Source of the DNA: an uncultured archaeon
GTDB taxonomy: Archaea; Asgardarchaeota; Lokiarchaeia; Sigyniarchaeales; SOKP01
Reading direction: 5' to 3'
Assembly (NCBI GenBank): GCA_964632315.1
Contig: CAZWEM010000048.1
Span: 1 to 38,721, forward strand
DNA length: 38,721 bases
Shown here piece after piece: positions 1-11,353 of the stretch (position 1 is its first letter; every line of letters starts with the position of its first letter). Both the position numbers and the translations under genes were made by a program. Below the pieces are notes generated by a model. The model worked only from the letters and a program-made list of their open reading frames with translations. It was not told the DNA's origin and searched no databases.

Positions 1-356
1 ATAATCAATGTATGTTTCAACCATTTTTCAAGCCCTTAAATTAAGAATTATTTATCAGTTCTAATACGAATAATATTCTTAATTATGTGATGAATAATCT
101 AATATTTAAATCTTCGTGAGACCAGTTAATAACGTTGAGATAAATCAACAATTCTTTGAATCCTTTAAATAGATACATTAAATAGGTATTTGAATAAATA
201 GATAACATGTTTAGGAAATTTTAGCATTACAGCATTAGCAATATCATTTTTTGATAGATAATGAAAGTTTAAATTAAATAACTCTAGATTTTTTAATACT
301 TTTATTTTTAAAAGAAGCGTGTTAACTTAATTATATAAATTTTAAGAGAGTTCATC

Positions 357-1751
357 ATGAACATAGATAATAAGCACGAGAGAAATCAAGTTTTACTGAT
401 ATTATTTTTTGGAGTCTTAATGGGGGCATTAGATATCGCGATAATTGGTCCTGCTTTACCTGCCATAAAGAATACTTTTAATCTTACTACTAGAATTGAA
501 GCATGGATCTTTAGTATTTACGTCTTGTTCAACATAATGGGAATTCCCGTTAACTCTAAACTAAGTGATAGGATGGGTAGAAGAAAGATATACAACATTG
601 ACCTATCATTATTCGGAATAGGCTCATTAATGGTGGTATTTTCTCCTTTTTTCCGTGGAATTGTCCCCATTAATCTAGGATTTATTATTCTCTTGGCTGG
701 GCGATCAATTCAGGGGTTTGGGGCAGGAGGAATATTTCCCGTTGCTAGTGCCGTTATTGGGGATACATTTCCACCAGATAAGCGTGGTGGTGCTCTTGGA
801 TTAATAGGGGCAGTGTTTGGCATCGCATTTATCATTGGCCCAATTATAGGAGGAATCTTGCTTTTAATCGCTTGGGAACTTCTCTTTCTCATAAACATAC
901 CAATTGTTTTATTACTGATCTTTTTTGCTTGGAAAAAACTCCCTTCTAAATCAGAGGGTGAACAAAAACCTTTTGATACCAGAGGAATCATATTTTTATT
1001 AATCGTTTTAGGAACTTTTGCGTTTGGCATTAATCAAATTGATGAAACCAATATTTTACAAAGTATCATCTCTTTTCTGGTATTGCCATTCCTAATAATC
1101 GCTATAATCTTTGTACCGTTCTTCTATTATTCTGAAAAAAAGGCCCGGGATCCCATTATTAATCTAAAACTAATTAGTAATAAAAACATAACTTTAGCCA
1201 ATCTAATTTCCTTGGGTGCTGGCATTGTAGAAGCTACACTGATATTTATTCCTTCAATCAGCGCTGTGGCTTTTGGATTAACAGAAAGTAGTGCTAGTTT
1301 CATGCTATTACCATTGGTGATTACCATGTCATTAAGTAGTCCTTTAGTTGGGCGTTTATTGGATAAAATTGGCGCAAAAAAAGTTATATTAATTGGTTCG
1401 ATTATTCTAATCTGTGGGTTAGTGTTGTTCGCTTTATTGATTGGTAATTATATTTGGTTTTACATCAATACTATCTTAGTTGGAATTGGGCTCATAAGCC
1501 TTTTAGGGGCACCAGTACGTTATATTGTATTAAATAACACACCAGAAACAGAAAGAGCTTCACAACAGGGTTTACTCTCTGTTTTCTCTGGAATTGGGCA
1601 ACTCATAAGTGGTGTGATGATGGGAGGTATCATTGAAAGTCTGGGTGGTGGTTTATTGGGATTTTCCATTGCGTTTATCACAGTTGGAATAATATCACTA
1701 GCAATCTTTATCGAGTCTCTTTTTTTAAGGAGCAATGCTGCAATCAATTAA
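357..1751 (+). CDS. MFS transporter (DHA2/EmrB-QacA-like drug:H+ antiporter family)
   Basis: 464 aa and very hydrophobic. Shows LDIAIIGPALP, MFS motif A-like KLSDRMGRRK, GRSIQGFGAG, motif C-like AFIIGPIIGG and a second-half GRLLDKIGAK. Confidence 0.9.
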   Translation: MNIDNKHERNQVLLILFFGVLMGALDIAIIGPALPAIKNTFNLTTRIEAWIFSIYVLFNIMGIPVNSKLSDRMGRRKIYNIDLSLFGIGSLMVVFSPFFRGIVPINLGFIILLAGRSIQGFGAGGIFPVASAVIGDTFPPDKRGGALGLIGAVFGIAFIIGPIIGGILLLIAWELLFLINIPIVLLLIFFAWKKLPSKSEGEQKPFDTRGIIFLLIVLGTFAFGINQIDETNILQSIISFLVLPFLIIAIIFVPFFYYSEKKARDPIINLKLISNKNITLANLISLGAGIVEATLIFIPSISAVAFGLTESSASFMLLPLVITMSLSSPLVGRLLDKIGAKKVILIGSIILICGLVLFALLIGNYIWFYINTILVGIGLISLLGAPVRYIVLNNTPETERASQQGLLSVFSGIGQLISGVMMGGIIESLGGGLLGFSIAFITVGIISLAIFIESLFLRSNAAIN

Positions 1752-1838
1752 AATATTTCAAATAATTCTATACAGATCAATTTATATATTCGAATTATTA
1801 GTTCTTCTTTATCAAATATAAAATATAGATGATAAAAA

Positions 1839-2420
1839 ATGGGAAAAGGAACTATAGCAGGAAGTATAATTGGTAGTATTATCGGATCTGTGGCAATAGT
1901 TGCTGTACTTGCTTTCTTCATGATACCTCTTGTCTTTCCAGCTGTTAATACAAATTCTATAGTAGTACAATCAAAATTTGGTGAATGGGATTCACCAGCT
2001 TATATTTTTGATGACCAAACATCAAATTACATAAAAATGACCGATACAGAGATTAACATAACCACAGAGGGGAATTCTCGAATTTCAATGACACTTTTTG
2101 CAATTGGGTTATTATCACTTCAACCTAATTTCAATGTAAGAAATTCTTATAATATTTCCTTAGTAGTTGTCGGGGTAAGCAATCGTACGTTTGAGGTTGC
2201 TTATTTTGATAATAGTGGTGCCACTGGAGCATATAGACAATTAACACTTAATTTGTATAGTAATTATGTTACTCAATCATTACCCGCTGGTACATATACA
2301 ACTGCTGTATATTGGAAGTCAACTTTTAATGCTACCGATACAAACTCTCTTAGCGTCTCACATGCAACTACTTGGAATCGTACTCGTTCATTAATAGTTC
2401 AAGAAATCAAAGAAATTTAA
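1839..2420 (+). CDS. Hypothetical membrane-anchored or secreted protein
   Basis: 193 aa. N-terminal hydrophobic helix followed by a Ser/Thr/Asn-rich, beta-like domain with several N-x-S/T sequons. TATA-like TTTATATA near 1781. Confidence 0.7.
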   Translation: MGKGTIAGSIIGSIIGSVAIVAVLAFFMIPLVFPAVNTNSIVVQSKFGEWDSPAYIFDDQTSNYIKMTDTEINITTEGNSRISMTLFAIGLLSLQPNFNVRNSYNISLVVVGVSNRTFEVAYFDNSGATGAYRQLTLNLYSNYVTQSLPAGTYTTAVYWKSTFNATDTNSLSVSHATTWNRTRSLIVQEIKEI

Positions 2421-2636
2421 CAAAAATCATTTTGTTAAGAAAAGGGAAAATAAAACTTTTATTATTGTTTTATTCTTTTTTTGATTAAAATAATCGTTCT
2501 ATTGTTAATTTAGGAAAAGATGCTTCTCTAAAATTTAGAAAAACTAAAAGTAAAATTTAATAACATTTCCTTTTTAATTAATTTTGTATCTTACACAGTA
2601 AAAAATGAATTAAATAATCAAGAGTGTAGGAAAAAA

Positions 2637-4565
2637 ATGGGAAAAACACTAACGGAAAAAATCCTTGAAAATCACTTGGTTGAAGGAAGTTTAGAAAAGG
2701 GAACTGATATAGCTATTAAAATAGACCAAACTCTTACGCAAGATGCTACAGGTACGATGGCTTATCTACAATTTGAAGCGATTGGAATAGATAGAGTTCA
2801 AACAGAACTTTCTGTAAGCTATGTGGATCATAATACACTTCAAACTGATTTTAAGAATCCAGACGATCACAGATATCTTCAAAGTATTGCAGCAAGATAT
2901 GGTCTATATTTTTCACGTCCAGGGAATGGGATTTGTCATCAATTACACTTAGAAAGATTTGCTCGCCCTGGAAGAACCTTGCTAGGAAGTGATAGTCACA
3001 CTCCTACTGGAGGAGGAATTGGCAGTATCGCTATTGGAGCGGGTGGATTAGATGTTGCTGCTGCGATGGCGGGAGATTCATTCCGATTAAAAATGCCTAA
3101 AGTAGTAAGTGTCTATCTCACTGGAAAGCTTCCAGATTTTGTTTCGGCAAAAGATGTAATTCTTGAAGTTTTACGTCGAATTGGAGTAAAAGGAGCTGTG
3201 AATAAAGTCTTGGAATATACAGGGCCAGGGGTTAAAACACTTACTGTTCCAGAAAGAGGCACTATTACGAATATGGGTACAGAAACAGGGGCAACTACTT
3301 CAATATTTCCATCAGATGAGATTACCAAGGACTTTTTAGAATCGCAAGAAAGAGGAGATCAATGGACTGAATTAAAACCGGATGGTGATGCCGTTTATGA
3401 TGAAAAAATCGAAATTAATTTGAGCGAATTGGAGCCACTTATCGCAGAACCCCATAGTCCTGGAAATGTAAAGACCGTGAAAGAACTTGAGGGAAAAGCT
3501 GTTGATCAAGTCTGTATTGGTAGTTGTACGAATTCTTCTCTTCGAGATCTAAAAATTGCTTCAAACATGTTAAAGGGAAAAACAGTTAATCAAGATACGG
3601 TTTTAACAATATCTCCTGGTTCAAGACAAGTAGTAGATCATTTGATCAAATCTGGCGAGTATGCCTACTTAGTAGAAGCGGGAGCTAGGATGCTTGAGAA
3701 TGCATGTGGTCCTTGTATTGGGATGGGACTTGCGCCAAAAACAGATGCCGTATCGCTTAGGACATTTAATAGGAATTTCCTCGGAAGAAGTGGTACAAAA
3801 AGCGCTCAAGTATACCTGGTAAGTCCTGAAACTGCTGCTGCTTCTGCCATTAAGGGAAAAATCACAGACCCTAGAACATATGGAAGAATACCAAAAATCG
3901 AAATGCCTAAGAAATTCAACGTGAATGATAACATGATCATTCCACCTTTATCTCCGGAAAAATCAAAAGAAGTGAATATTGTTAGGGGTCCAAATATCAA
4001 ACCATTACCCGAATTCAATCCGCTACCAGATAAATTAACCGGTGAAGTGCTCTTAAAAGTTGAAGATGATATAACTACTGATCATATAATGCCTGCTGGA
4101 GCGGAAATATTACCATTAAGGTCAAATATTCCAGAGATCAGCAAGTACGTATTTCGAGTTATCGATGAGAACTTCCATGACAGAGCTTTAGAAAAGGATG
4201 GTGGATTCATTATTGGAGGAGAGAATTATGGTCAAGGCAGTTCGCGCGAGCATGCGGCGATTGCTCCAAAGTACCTTGGAATTAAAGCAGTTATCGTGAA
4301 AAGTTTTGCAAGGATCCATCTTGCGAACCTAGTAAATTTTGGAATCGTACCACTGACCTTCATCGATAAAGGAGATTATGATAAGATTGAATCTGAAGAT
4401 CAATTGGAAGTTGATCTAACTACTATTAAAACGGGCAAAGTAAAAATGAAAGATATCTCAAAGAATATCGAGATTGAACTCACTCATTCATTAGGTGAAC
4501 AAGACTTAGAAGAATTAATGGCTGGTGGAAAATTAACACTAATTAAGCAAAAAAAATCAAAATAA
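2637..4565 (+). CDS. acn: Aconitate hydratase (~640 aa type), copy 1
   Basis: IDQTLTQDATGTM, GICHQ, GSDSHT, Fe-S ligands GSCTN and CGPCIG, and swivel domain GENYGQGSSREHA / SFARIH. Confidence 0.92.
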   Translation: MGKTLTEKILENHLVEGSLEKGTDIAIKIDQTLTQDATGTMAYLQFEAIGIDRVQTELSVSYVDHNTLQTDFKNPDDHRYLQSIAARYGLYFSRPGNGICHQLHLERFARPGRTLLGSDSHTPTGGGIGSIAIGAGGLDVAAAMAGDSFRLKMPKVVSVYLTGKLPDFVSAKDVILEVLRRIGVKGAVNKVLEYTGPGVKTLTVPERGTITNMGTETGATTSIFPSDEITKDFLESQERGDQWTELKPDGDAVYDEKIEINLSELEPLIAEPHSPGNVKTVKELEGKAVDQVCIGSCTNSSLRDLKIASNMLKGKTVNQDTVLTISPGSRQVVDHLIKSGEYAYLVEAGARMLENACGPCIGMGLAPKTDAVSLRTFNRNFLGRSGTKSAQVYLVSPETAAASAIKGKITDPRTYGRIPKIEMPKKFNVNDNMIIPPLSPEKSKEVNIVRGPNIKPLPEFNPLPDKLTGEVLLKVEDDITTDHIMPAGAEILPLRSNIPEISKYVFRVIDENFHDRALEKDGGFIIGGENYGQGSSREHAAIAPKYLGIKAVIVKSFARIHLANLVNFGIVPLTFIDKGDYDKIESEDQLEVDLTTIKTGKVKMKDISKNIEIELTHSLGEQDLEELMAGGKLTLIKQKKSK

Positions 4566-4596
4566 ACCAGTTTTCTATTTTCTTTTTATTTATTTA

Positions 4597-7257
4597 CTAT
4601 TTTTTAACAAGCTCAATTTCTATTGGACCAAAATTAGCTGAAACTGTAATGTCAATGAAATTTTCTTCTATATTTCCTTCTTCATAAGCTTGTTTATTAA
4701 CAAGAATCATTGATTGTCGATCCCACCAATCTGGTTGTTTAATTGTAACATGATACGAATTTTGAACATTGTTATTATATCTGAAAAAAAATCTGTCTAA
4801 ATTTGATTCTAATTCGATTAAAGGTGATTTAAAGGAAAATTCTTTATTTATTAGATGAGGTTCTATAATTAAACCAGATAGATTGGCATCAATTCCAACA
4901 ATCTTTATCACACTTAATAAATAAGTAGCATGTGCATTTAGATTCATAATTGGAAAATCACACATTGGTGTTGCAAAGTGATAAAATGCTTCTCCAGCAT
5001 TATCAGCATAATTAGCAATATAAGAATCAGGAGCACTCCATATTCCATACCATAGATTCGGATATTTATTAGCTCTATTGTAGAGAGAATTCTTTACCAA
5101 AGAATTTAACGCTTTCGCATTATCATACTGAGAATATCCCCATGTAAGTAACGCGTTCATTGCATGCCAGATCCCACCATTTACATCCCAACCTTTTGGA
5201 AGAATATTTAAATATGTTTTCTGAGGGGAGTAACTTAAATATTGCCCAATTGGAGAAGGCATATCTAAAATTTCATATATTTGCTCAATAATTTCACGAG
5301 CAACTTTGTCCTCAAGGACTTTCGCAATTAACAACCACGTGTGGTGTTCTAGATACAAGTTATTGTCCCCTATAGGATTGCCTTGCCCATCCCAGCCACG
5401 ATAAAACCATTTACCATTAAACGAGTTTAAAACTGCTCGCTTTAATGACTCAAAGTTTTTTGCACATAAATTTATGAAGCGATCGTTGGAAGGTTGAATT
5501 AGTTTTAATATTCTTGGAATAATGTAAAGGGCAAAACTCGAATTAAAAGTGGATTCTCCATATTTTTTAAACTTCCTTCTATTTTTTACCATTAACGAGA
5601 TTCCATCTGACCAATCACCATCATTAGATTTAATAAGCCCATGTTCGCCAAAACCTACTTTATCTGAAAAGATGTAACCGATTAAAAGCTCGATCTTTTC
5701 AGCTACAGTACTTTTATCACCTGAATCGTTATAAAATGGAATAAATTCTTCTAAAAACTTAAAATCTCTAGTTATGGTAACGTATTGTTCAATCCCCCAC
5801 AATAAAAAGAGATATATATCAGAAGGTCTGGAGTGAACATATGCTGTTGAAGTTTTCCCATATCCATAAAGGGCATATGGTAATGCTCCATCCTTAGTAA
5901 TGAGAGAAAGCATGAAAATTAGAAATTCTCGAGCGTTTTGCATGTCAATTAAGATCAATGAATTAAGATAAAACACATAATCCCTGATGGAACCATCAAT
6001 ACCATGCCCAAATAGATACACCGAGCCTTGATAGAGCCTATGGTTTTTATAATACTCATCAAAAAATAAAGCACTACGAGTATAATATGAATGCCACATA
6101 GTTTCACGGAATAATTCGAGATTATTTGGAATGTTTAGGGAAATCAACGATTTCTTCCAGTGATTTGCATTCCATTCCGATATTGATTGACCTGCTAATA
6201 CGTTTCTATACTTTTTTATTAATTCTTCAATTTTTTCCGATTGTTCATACCCAACTAACGTGGTAAATTTATTTTCCTCAGCACTATCTAAATTGAGGGA
6301 GATTCCTCCACTTAGACACAGATCTTTGCTCCTCACTTTACTAAGATTTAATTTTGAGTTCCAATCTATTGATATTTTGCCTTCTCTCATTAAATTCTTC
6401 TTATCGATGAAAAATCTTCCTTTGTTTTCATTAATAATGGTGAAAAAGAGAGATTTTGGAAAATAATCATGCTTGCTTCGTTCTATCCTACTTTTTGGAG
6501 GTTTATGCTTATATCTTGGAGAAATAATGACCGTATTTAATTCCGAATTAAAATCTATTTGAAATCTAAACTTTTTGGCAAATTTCCTTCGATTATTTTC
6601 TGTGTCCCTTTTAAATAATTTCAGTGATATGGTAACTAATCGCCCTACCAAGTTTAATAACTTAGAGCTTCCAAACTTCTTACGATTTTTCCATGTTACT
6701 ATTAATGATTTCAAAATAGGGTGCAGATTTATGTCCCAAAAATCTACGAGTTGTAATTTATTATTAGTCCTCTTGTTTCTCGTAGACGAGACCACAAATT
6801 CAGATACAAGCACGGGATCATCTGAAAAGGGAATACAGATGTCATGCTGAATCTTTATACCATTGAGAAGGCAAATCTTTTTAAAATAACCAATTCCAAA
6901 CACTCTCTCTAATTTGGATAATTTAGAAAGGTTTTCAAGAGTGTAGAGATCTGAGAAATTCATTTGCTCGTTTTCAAGATAATATAAACCAATTCCACCT
7001 CCGAGTTTACCATAATGATCGTCTCGATATGTTAACCATTTGAATCCCCTGGTACCATCTAAAATCTGAACATAACCTCCATTATGGGCAGTAGTCATTA
7101 TCCTATCATTCCCTAATTGATGAAAATGATCTATAGAAAAGCCATAAGTAGTGTTGGTTTTCGCATTTTTGTCTTTTAATTGATTACATGTATATTTATA
7201 AGCTGGTAACTCATATTCGTCAGTTATCCATTCTCCAAAGTAACCATTACCAGACAT
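4597..7257 (-). CDS. Large glycoside hydrolase/phosphorylase, GH94-like (alpha/alpha)6 barrel
   Basis: 886 aa. GEHGLIKSNDGDWSDG, FNGKWFYRGWDGQG and NGGIWH resemble the GH94 segments GxHGL...DWND, WDGEWFxRAY and ENGG. Substrate unknown. Confidence 0.6.
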   Translation of the reverse strand: MSGNGYFGEWITDEYELPAYKYTCNQLKDKNAKTNTTYGFSIDHFHQLGNDRIMTTAHNGGYVQILDGTRGFKWLTYRDDHYGKLGGGIGLYYLENEQMNFSDLYTLENLSKLSKLERVFGIGYFKKICLLNGIKIQHDICIPFSDDPVLVSEFVVSSTRNKRTNNKLQLVDFWDINLHPILKSLIVTWKNRKKFGSSKLLNLVGRLVTISLKLFKRDTENNRRKFAKKFRFQIDFNSELNTVIISPRYKHKPPKSRIERSKHDYFPKSLFFTIINENKGRFFIDKKNLMREGKISIDWNSKLNLSKVRSKDLCLSGGISLNLDSAEENKFTTLVGYEQSEKIEELIKKYRNVLAGQSISEWNANHWKKSLISLNIPNNLELFRETMWHSYYTRSALFFDEYYKNHRLYQGSVYLFGHGIDGSIRDYVFYLNSLILIDMQNAREFLIFMLSLITKDGALPYALYGYGKTSTAYVHSRPSDIYLFLLWGIEQYVTITRDFKFLEEFIPFYNDSGDKSTVAEKIELLIGYIFSDKVGFGEHGLIKSNDGDWSDGISLMVKNRRKFKKYGESTFNSSFALYIIPRILKLIQPSNDRFINLCAKNFESLKRAVLNSFNGKWFYRGWDGQGNPIGDNNLYLEHHTWLLIAKVLEDKVAREIIEQIYEILDMPSPIGQYLSYSPQKTYLNILPKGWDVNGGIWHAMNALLTWGYSQYDNAKALNSLVKNSLYNRANKYPNLWYGIWSAPDSYIANYADNAGEAFYHFATPMCDFPIMNLNAHATYLLSVIKIVGIDANLSGLIIEPHLINKEFSFKSPLIELESNLDRFFFRYNNNVQNSYHVTIKQPDWWDRQSMILVNKQAYEEGNIEENFIDITVSANFGPIEIELVKK

Positions 7258-7325
7258 AATTTCCCAAATGATACTTTATATTATATAATAAAACGATATT
7301 CTTGTTATGATATAAACCTATAACC

Positions 7326-7340
7326 CAAAAGGTTTAAAAA
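7326..7340 (+). promoter_or_regulatory. Putative archaeal BRE/TATA promoter for the methyltransferase gene
   Basis: CAAAAGG followed by TTTAAAAA, about 55-60 nt upstream of the ATG at 7394. Confidence 0.35.
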
Positions 7341-7393
7341 CTTGCGTTTGAGGATTTAGAAAAAGTTAAACAAAATCTTTCTCTTCCTTAATT

Positions 7394-8155
7394 ATGGGAG
7401 AAAAAGGATATTTGCAGGATTCTAAAACACGATTTTCTTCGAGAGTTGAGAATTATGTTAAATATCGACCCTCTTATCCTAAAGAGATTATAAGTTTTTT
7501 AACAAAAGAAGGAATTTTATCCAGAAGCTCTGTTATTGCTGATATAGGGTTTGGGACTGGAATCTTAACTAAGCTATTTTTGGAAAATTCCAATAAAGTA
7601 TATGGTGTCGAACCAAATGATGACATGAAAAAGGCAGGAGAATTTTATCTAAAGCGTTATCCCGAATTTAGTAGTAGAAAGGGTACTGCTGAAAGTACTG
7701 GATTAAGTGAAAATAGTATTGATTTAATCATCGTCGGTCAAGCCTTTCATTGGTTCGATATTAAACTTACAAAAGATGAGTTTAAGAGGATATTAAAGAA
7801 AAATGGTCATGTTGTCATCGTTTGGAATACTCGAAAGAAATCAGGATCCCCATTTTTAGAGGATTATGAGCGTTTAATTTCTAAATATAGTACAGATTAC
7901 AAGCAGGTAAGGATGAATGAAAAAGTAGTAGATGAATTCTTTGAATATCAAATAAAGATATTTTATAATTATCAAGATTTAAGTTTTGAAGGTTTTAAAG
8001 GAAGGTTGCTATCATCATCCTATATTCCGCTTGAGAAAAATACTAAATTTGATGAGATGATCAACGATTTGAAAGATATATTTGCGAAATATCAACGAAA
8101 TGGAATAATTAGAATTGAATATGATACTAAACTCTATTATGGTATACTAAAATAA
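7394..8155 (+). CDS. Class I SAM-dependent methyltransferase
   Basis: YVKYRPSYP, motif I IADIGFGTG, VYGVEPN and GQAFHWF. Confidence 0.9.
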   Translation: MGEKGYLQDSKTRFSSRVENYVKYRPSYPKEIISFLTKEGILSRSSVIADIGFGTGILTKLFLENSNKVYGVEPNDDMKKAGEFYLKRYPEFSSRKGTAESTGLSENSIDLIIVGQAFHWFDIKLTKDEFKRILKKNGHVVIVWNTRKKSGSPFLEDYERLISKYSTDYKQVRMNEKVVDEFFEYQIKIFYNYQDLSFEGFKGRLLSSSYIPLEKNTKFDEMINDLKDIFAKYQRNGIIRIEYDTKLYYGILK

Positions 8156-8263
8156 GTACTATACATCAAATCAGACACTTTAGAAGAAGAAAACAGCATA
8201 GTAAAAATCTTTATATTAATAATCAATTAAAATGAATAATTAATAATAGATTATCTAAGTCAA

Positions 8264-10099
8264 GTGAAAATTAGGATGGAAAAGAAACCAAATAATATAG
8301 ATCCATTTTATTTTAGTGGAATTGAACGTAAGGAGTATAAATTTGAAGGATATGAAAAAACATCTCGATTCCTTACAATGAGAGATGGCGTAAAAATTGC
8401 CATCGAAGTGATTTCTCCAAAAAATCTCTCTCCTAATGAGAAACTTAGTACAATCCTAATGCAAACCCGTTACTGGCGAGATTATAAATTTAGGATTCCA
8501 TTTCGATGGTTTATCCAAGATTTGGCAGAAACTAGAGAATTATACGAAATTGGAATGAAAAGAGGATATAATTTTGTTCGCGTGGATGTGAGAGGGACGG
8601 GAGCTTCTTTTGGTTCACGTTCGTATCCGTGGCATGAAAAAGAAGTAACCGATGGTCGTGAAATAATTGATTGGATCATCAAACAGCCATGGTCAGACGG
8701 AAATGTAGTCACAACAGGAGGATCTTATTTGGGAGTGACTGCTGAATATGTTGCTACCCTAAATCATCCCGCTGTGAAAGGAATCTTACCCATGAGTAAT
8801 CAATGGGATTGCTATACTGAAGTAGCGTATCCTGGGGGTCTATATAATCACTTTTTTATTAGAATCTGGGGATTACTTGGAAGAGCTTTAGATTTTAATA
8901 GTAGCGGGAAATTTCTGGGAATTTTACCCTTAGTTTATCTATTTGTGAATGGGGTAAAGCCAGTACAAATTGATCAAACTGGGGAATTGCTTAAAGAGGC
9001 AATTAAAGAACATTTAGATAATACATATGTTTTTGAAAATGAGGATGTTGTGGTGTATCGTGATGATCCTCTCATAAAACAAGTAAAAGACACTGCTGAT
9101 GATGTAAGTGTGTGCATGAAGAAAGAACAGATTAATGCATCTAATGTGCCATTCTATTGTTTGGGAGGTTGGTACGACGGAGCTACGTGTGATAATATCA
9201 TTAATCGTTTCATGACGTATACAAATCCAATGAGAGCCGTGATAGGGGATTGGGACCATGGATTAAACAGAAGGGCAAATCCATACTTCTATAAACAATA
9301 TGATGTAATCCCTGAAAAGCAAACGCAAATAGAAGGATGGATGGATTTTTTTGACAAATGTAAGGCGTCAGGACAATCATTTTCTGAAAAGTTGCTTTTT
9401 TATTATACTACGGGAGAAGAAAAGTGGAAGAAAACGGAAGTTTGGCCTCCTAAAGGACAGACATTACAACGATGGTATTTAAATGAAGTACATTTATTAA
9501 CAGTGGAACAACCAGAAAATGATTCGGGAGAAGATGAATATAAAGTTGATTTTGAAGTAACTTCGGGGAAGGGAAATCGTTGGCATACTCACTATGCCCA
9601 AAAAATGTATTATAAAAACCGTAAAACTGTTGATGAAAAACTTTTGACGTATGATAGTGATCCTTTAGATAAAGATATTGAAATAACGGGTCATCCAATC
9701 ATCACGCTTTACTTGAGTACAACTCATGAAGATGGAGCTATAATCGCATATCTTGAAGATGTCGATGAAGAAGGGACAGTATATAACATCACAGAAGGAG
9801 AATTACGCTTCATTCACCGAAAGATCTCAACAGAGGAATCACCATACAAAATCATGGTACCATATCACTCTTTTAAGAAAAGAGATTCTCAACCAATGGT
9901 TCCTGGAGAAATAACAGAGATCAAATTCGGATTTTTACCTACATCGGTTCTGATCAAGAAAGGTCATAGGATTAGGATCTCACTTGCAGGAGCAGACAAG
10001 CACACGTTTTCAAGATATCCATCTGAAGGAAATCCAACTTTAAGAATTCAACATAATAAGCGAAACGCATCTTTCATTGAACTTCCTCTAATATTATAA
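8264..10099 (+). CDS. CocE/NonD family serine hydrolase (alternative start ATG 8276)
   Basis: MRDGVKIA, DVRGTGASFG, nucleophile GGSYLG, GGWYD and GDWDH, plus a C-terminal PepX-like domain. Confidence 0.88.
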   Translation: MKIRMEKKPNNIDPFYFSGIERKEYKFEGYEKTSRFLTMRDGVKIAIEVISPKNLSPNEKLSTILMQTRYWRDYKFRIPFRWFIQDLAETRELYEIGMKRGYNFVRVDVRGTGASFGSRSYPWHEKEVTDGREIIDWIIKQPWSDGNVVTTGGSYLGVTAEYVATLNHPAVKGILPMSNQWDCYTEVAYPGGLYNHFFIRIWGLLGRALDFNSSGKFLGILPLVYLFVNGVKPVQIDQTGELLKEAIKEHLDNTYVFENEDVVVYRDDPLIKQVKDTADDVSVCMKKEQINASNVPFYCLGGWYDGATCDNIINRFMTYTNPMRAVIGDWDHGLNRRANPYFYKQYDVIPEKQTQIEGWMDFFDKCKASGQSFSEKLLFYYTTGEEKWKKTEVWPPKGQTLQRWYLNEVHLLTVEQPENDSGEDEYKVDFEVTSGKGNRWHTHYAQKMYYKNRKTVDEKLLTYDSDPLDKDIEITGHPIITLYLSTTHEDGAIIAYLEDVDEEGTVYNITEGELRFIHRKISTEESPYKIMVPYHSFKKRDSQPMVPGEITEIKFGFLPTSVLIKKGHRIRISLAGADKHTFSRYPSEGNPTLRIQHNKRNASFIELPLIL

Positions 10100-10150
10100 T
10101 CAATTGATTTTAAACTGAAATGACAAAAAATAAAAAAAGATAGTAGGATT

Positions 10151-11287
10151 TCAACCAACAACTCTTTTAAAGAATTTCATAAAGTTTAATCCAGCTATTT
10201 TAGCTATCTCTTGTTCACTATATCCTCTATCAATTAATCCCTTAATCAAATTTGGGAATTGAGTATAATTTTCAAATCCTTCCATCTTATCTAAGAAACT
10301 TGCTCTATGTTCTGGCCTAAATCCTAAAACTTCTAGGAATTCTCCGATCTTGATAGCTAAATTATCTGGGACAGAAAAACCGTAATAATCAGATCCTATA
10401 CCAACATGATCAATTCCAATCAAGTTTACAATGTAATCTATGTGATCAAGCCAATCATCTATGGTAGTTTTTTTATTAGTGGTTAGAAAACCTGGTACTG
10501 CTAAAACCCCAACATATCCTCCTTTTTCAGCTATAGTTTGAAAAAAATCATCAGTTTTTCCTCTATCATGCTCGTATAGATTTTTTGAAAACGTGTGGGA
10601 AGCAATGATAGGATCTTTAGAATTCTTTACGGCATCCATGGAAGTTTGCGCGCCACAATGGGATACATCAACAACAATTCCCAATTCATTCATTTTATGT
10701 ACGACATCAATACCAAATTCTGTCAATCCCCTATCTCTCCGTGCGGTACATCCTGTTCCGACTAGATTTTTTGAATTATAAGTTAACTGCATGACTCTTA
10801 TCCCTTGCATGTAATAAAGCTCTACAAGATTGATATCTGTATCGATATGTTGCATGCTTTGGAAGTTTAATAGAATCCCCTTTTTACCATTTTTTTTGGC
10901 GGTTTCAATATCCTCAGCTTTTAGTATTTTCATAAAAAAATCCTTTCTATGATCTAAAATATAAGTCATAAAGGAAAAATTATGAAAAACTCCTTCAAAG
11001 GAATATGGCTTTGAATGCAGTGGTCCAACCGTCCAGCTAACGCAATCTACTCCACATTGATTCCATTCATTAACATAATTTTCATAATACTTTGCATCAT
11101 TTACCACATTATTAGCGAACTTTACAACTAGTATTGGTATTATATCCCAAGGGTTCATATCTTTGGCTATCATCTCGTCACAGGCTGAAATCAAGTCCTT
11201 TGACCATGGTAATGGCCCATGACTCAGAGTGTCAATGATGACATTCGAATTTAAAATCTCATTAAGTCGATCTTCCATTATCATCAT
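10151..11287 (-). CDS. Membrane dipeptidase (peptidase M19 / renal dipeptidase family)
   Basis: QLTYN, GLTEFG...MNELGIVVDVSHCG, PIIASH and IGIDHVGIGSDY. Confidence 0.88.
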   Translation of the reverse strand: MMIMEDRLNEILNSNVIIDTLSHGPLPWSKDLISACDEMIAKDMNPWDIIPILVVKFANNVVNDAKYYENYVNEWNQCGVDCVSWTVGPLHSKPYSFEGVFHNFSFMTYILDHRKDFFMKILKAEDIETAKKNGKKGILLNFQSMQHIDTDINLVELYYMQGIRVMQLTYNSKNLVGTGCTARRDRGLTEFGIDVVHKMNELGIVVDVSHCGAQTSMDAVKNSKDPIIASHTFSKNLYEHDRGKTDDFFQTIAEKGGYVGVLAVPGFLTTNKKTTIDDWLDHIDYIVNLIGIDHVGIGSDYYGFSVPDNLAIKIGEFLEVLGFRPEHRASFLDKMEGFENYTQFPNLIKGLIDRGYSEQEIAKIAGLNFMKFFKRVVG

Positions 11288-11353
11288 ATTGATTAATTCA
11301 ACTTTGAATTAAACTTTTTTAAAAAAATAATTAACTGATAAATTACACGCTAT

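Noticed and set aside
1-24. Possible minus-strand gene start (MVETYIDY) leaving the window
   Set aside because: Only 8 codons are visible, which is too little to support a call.
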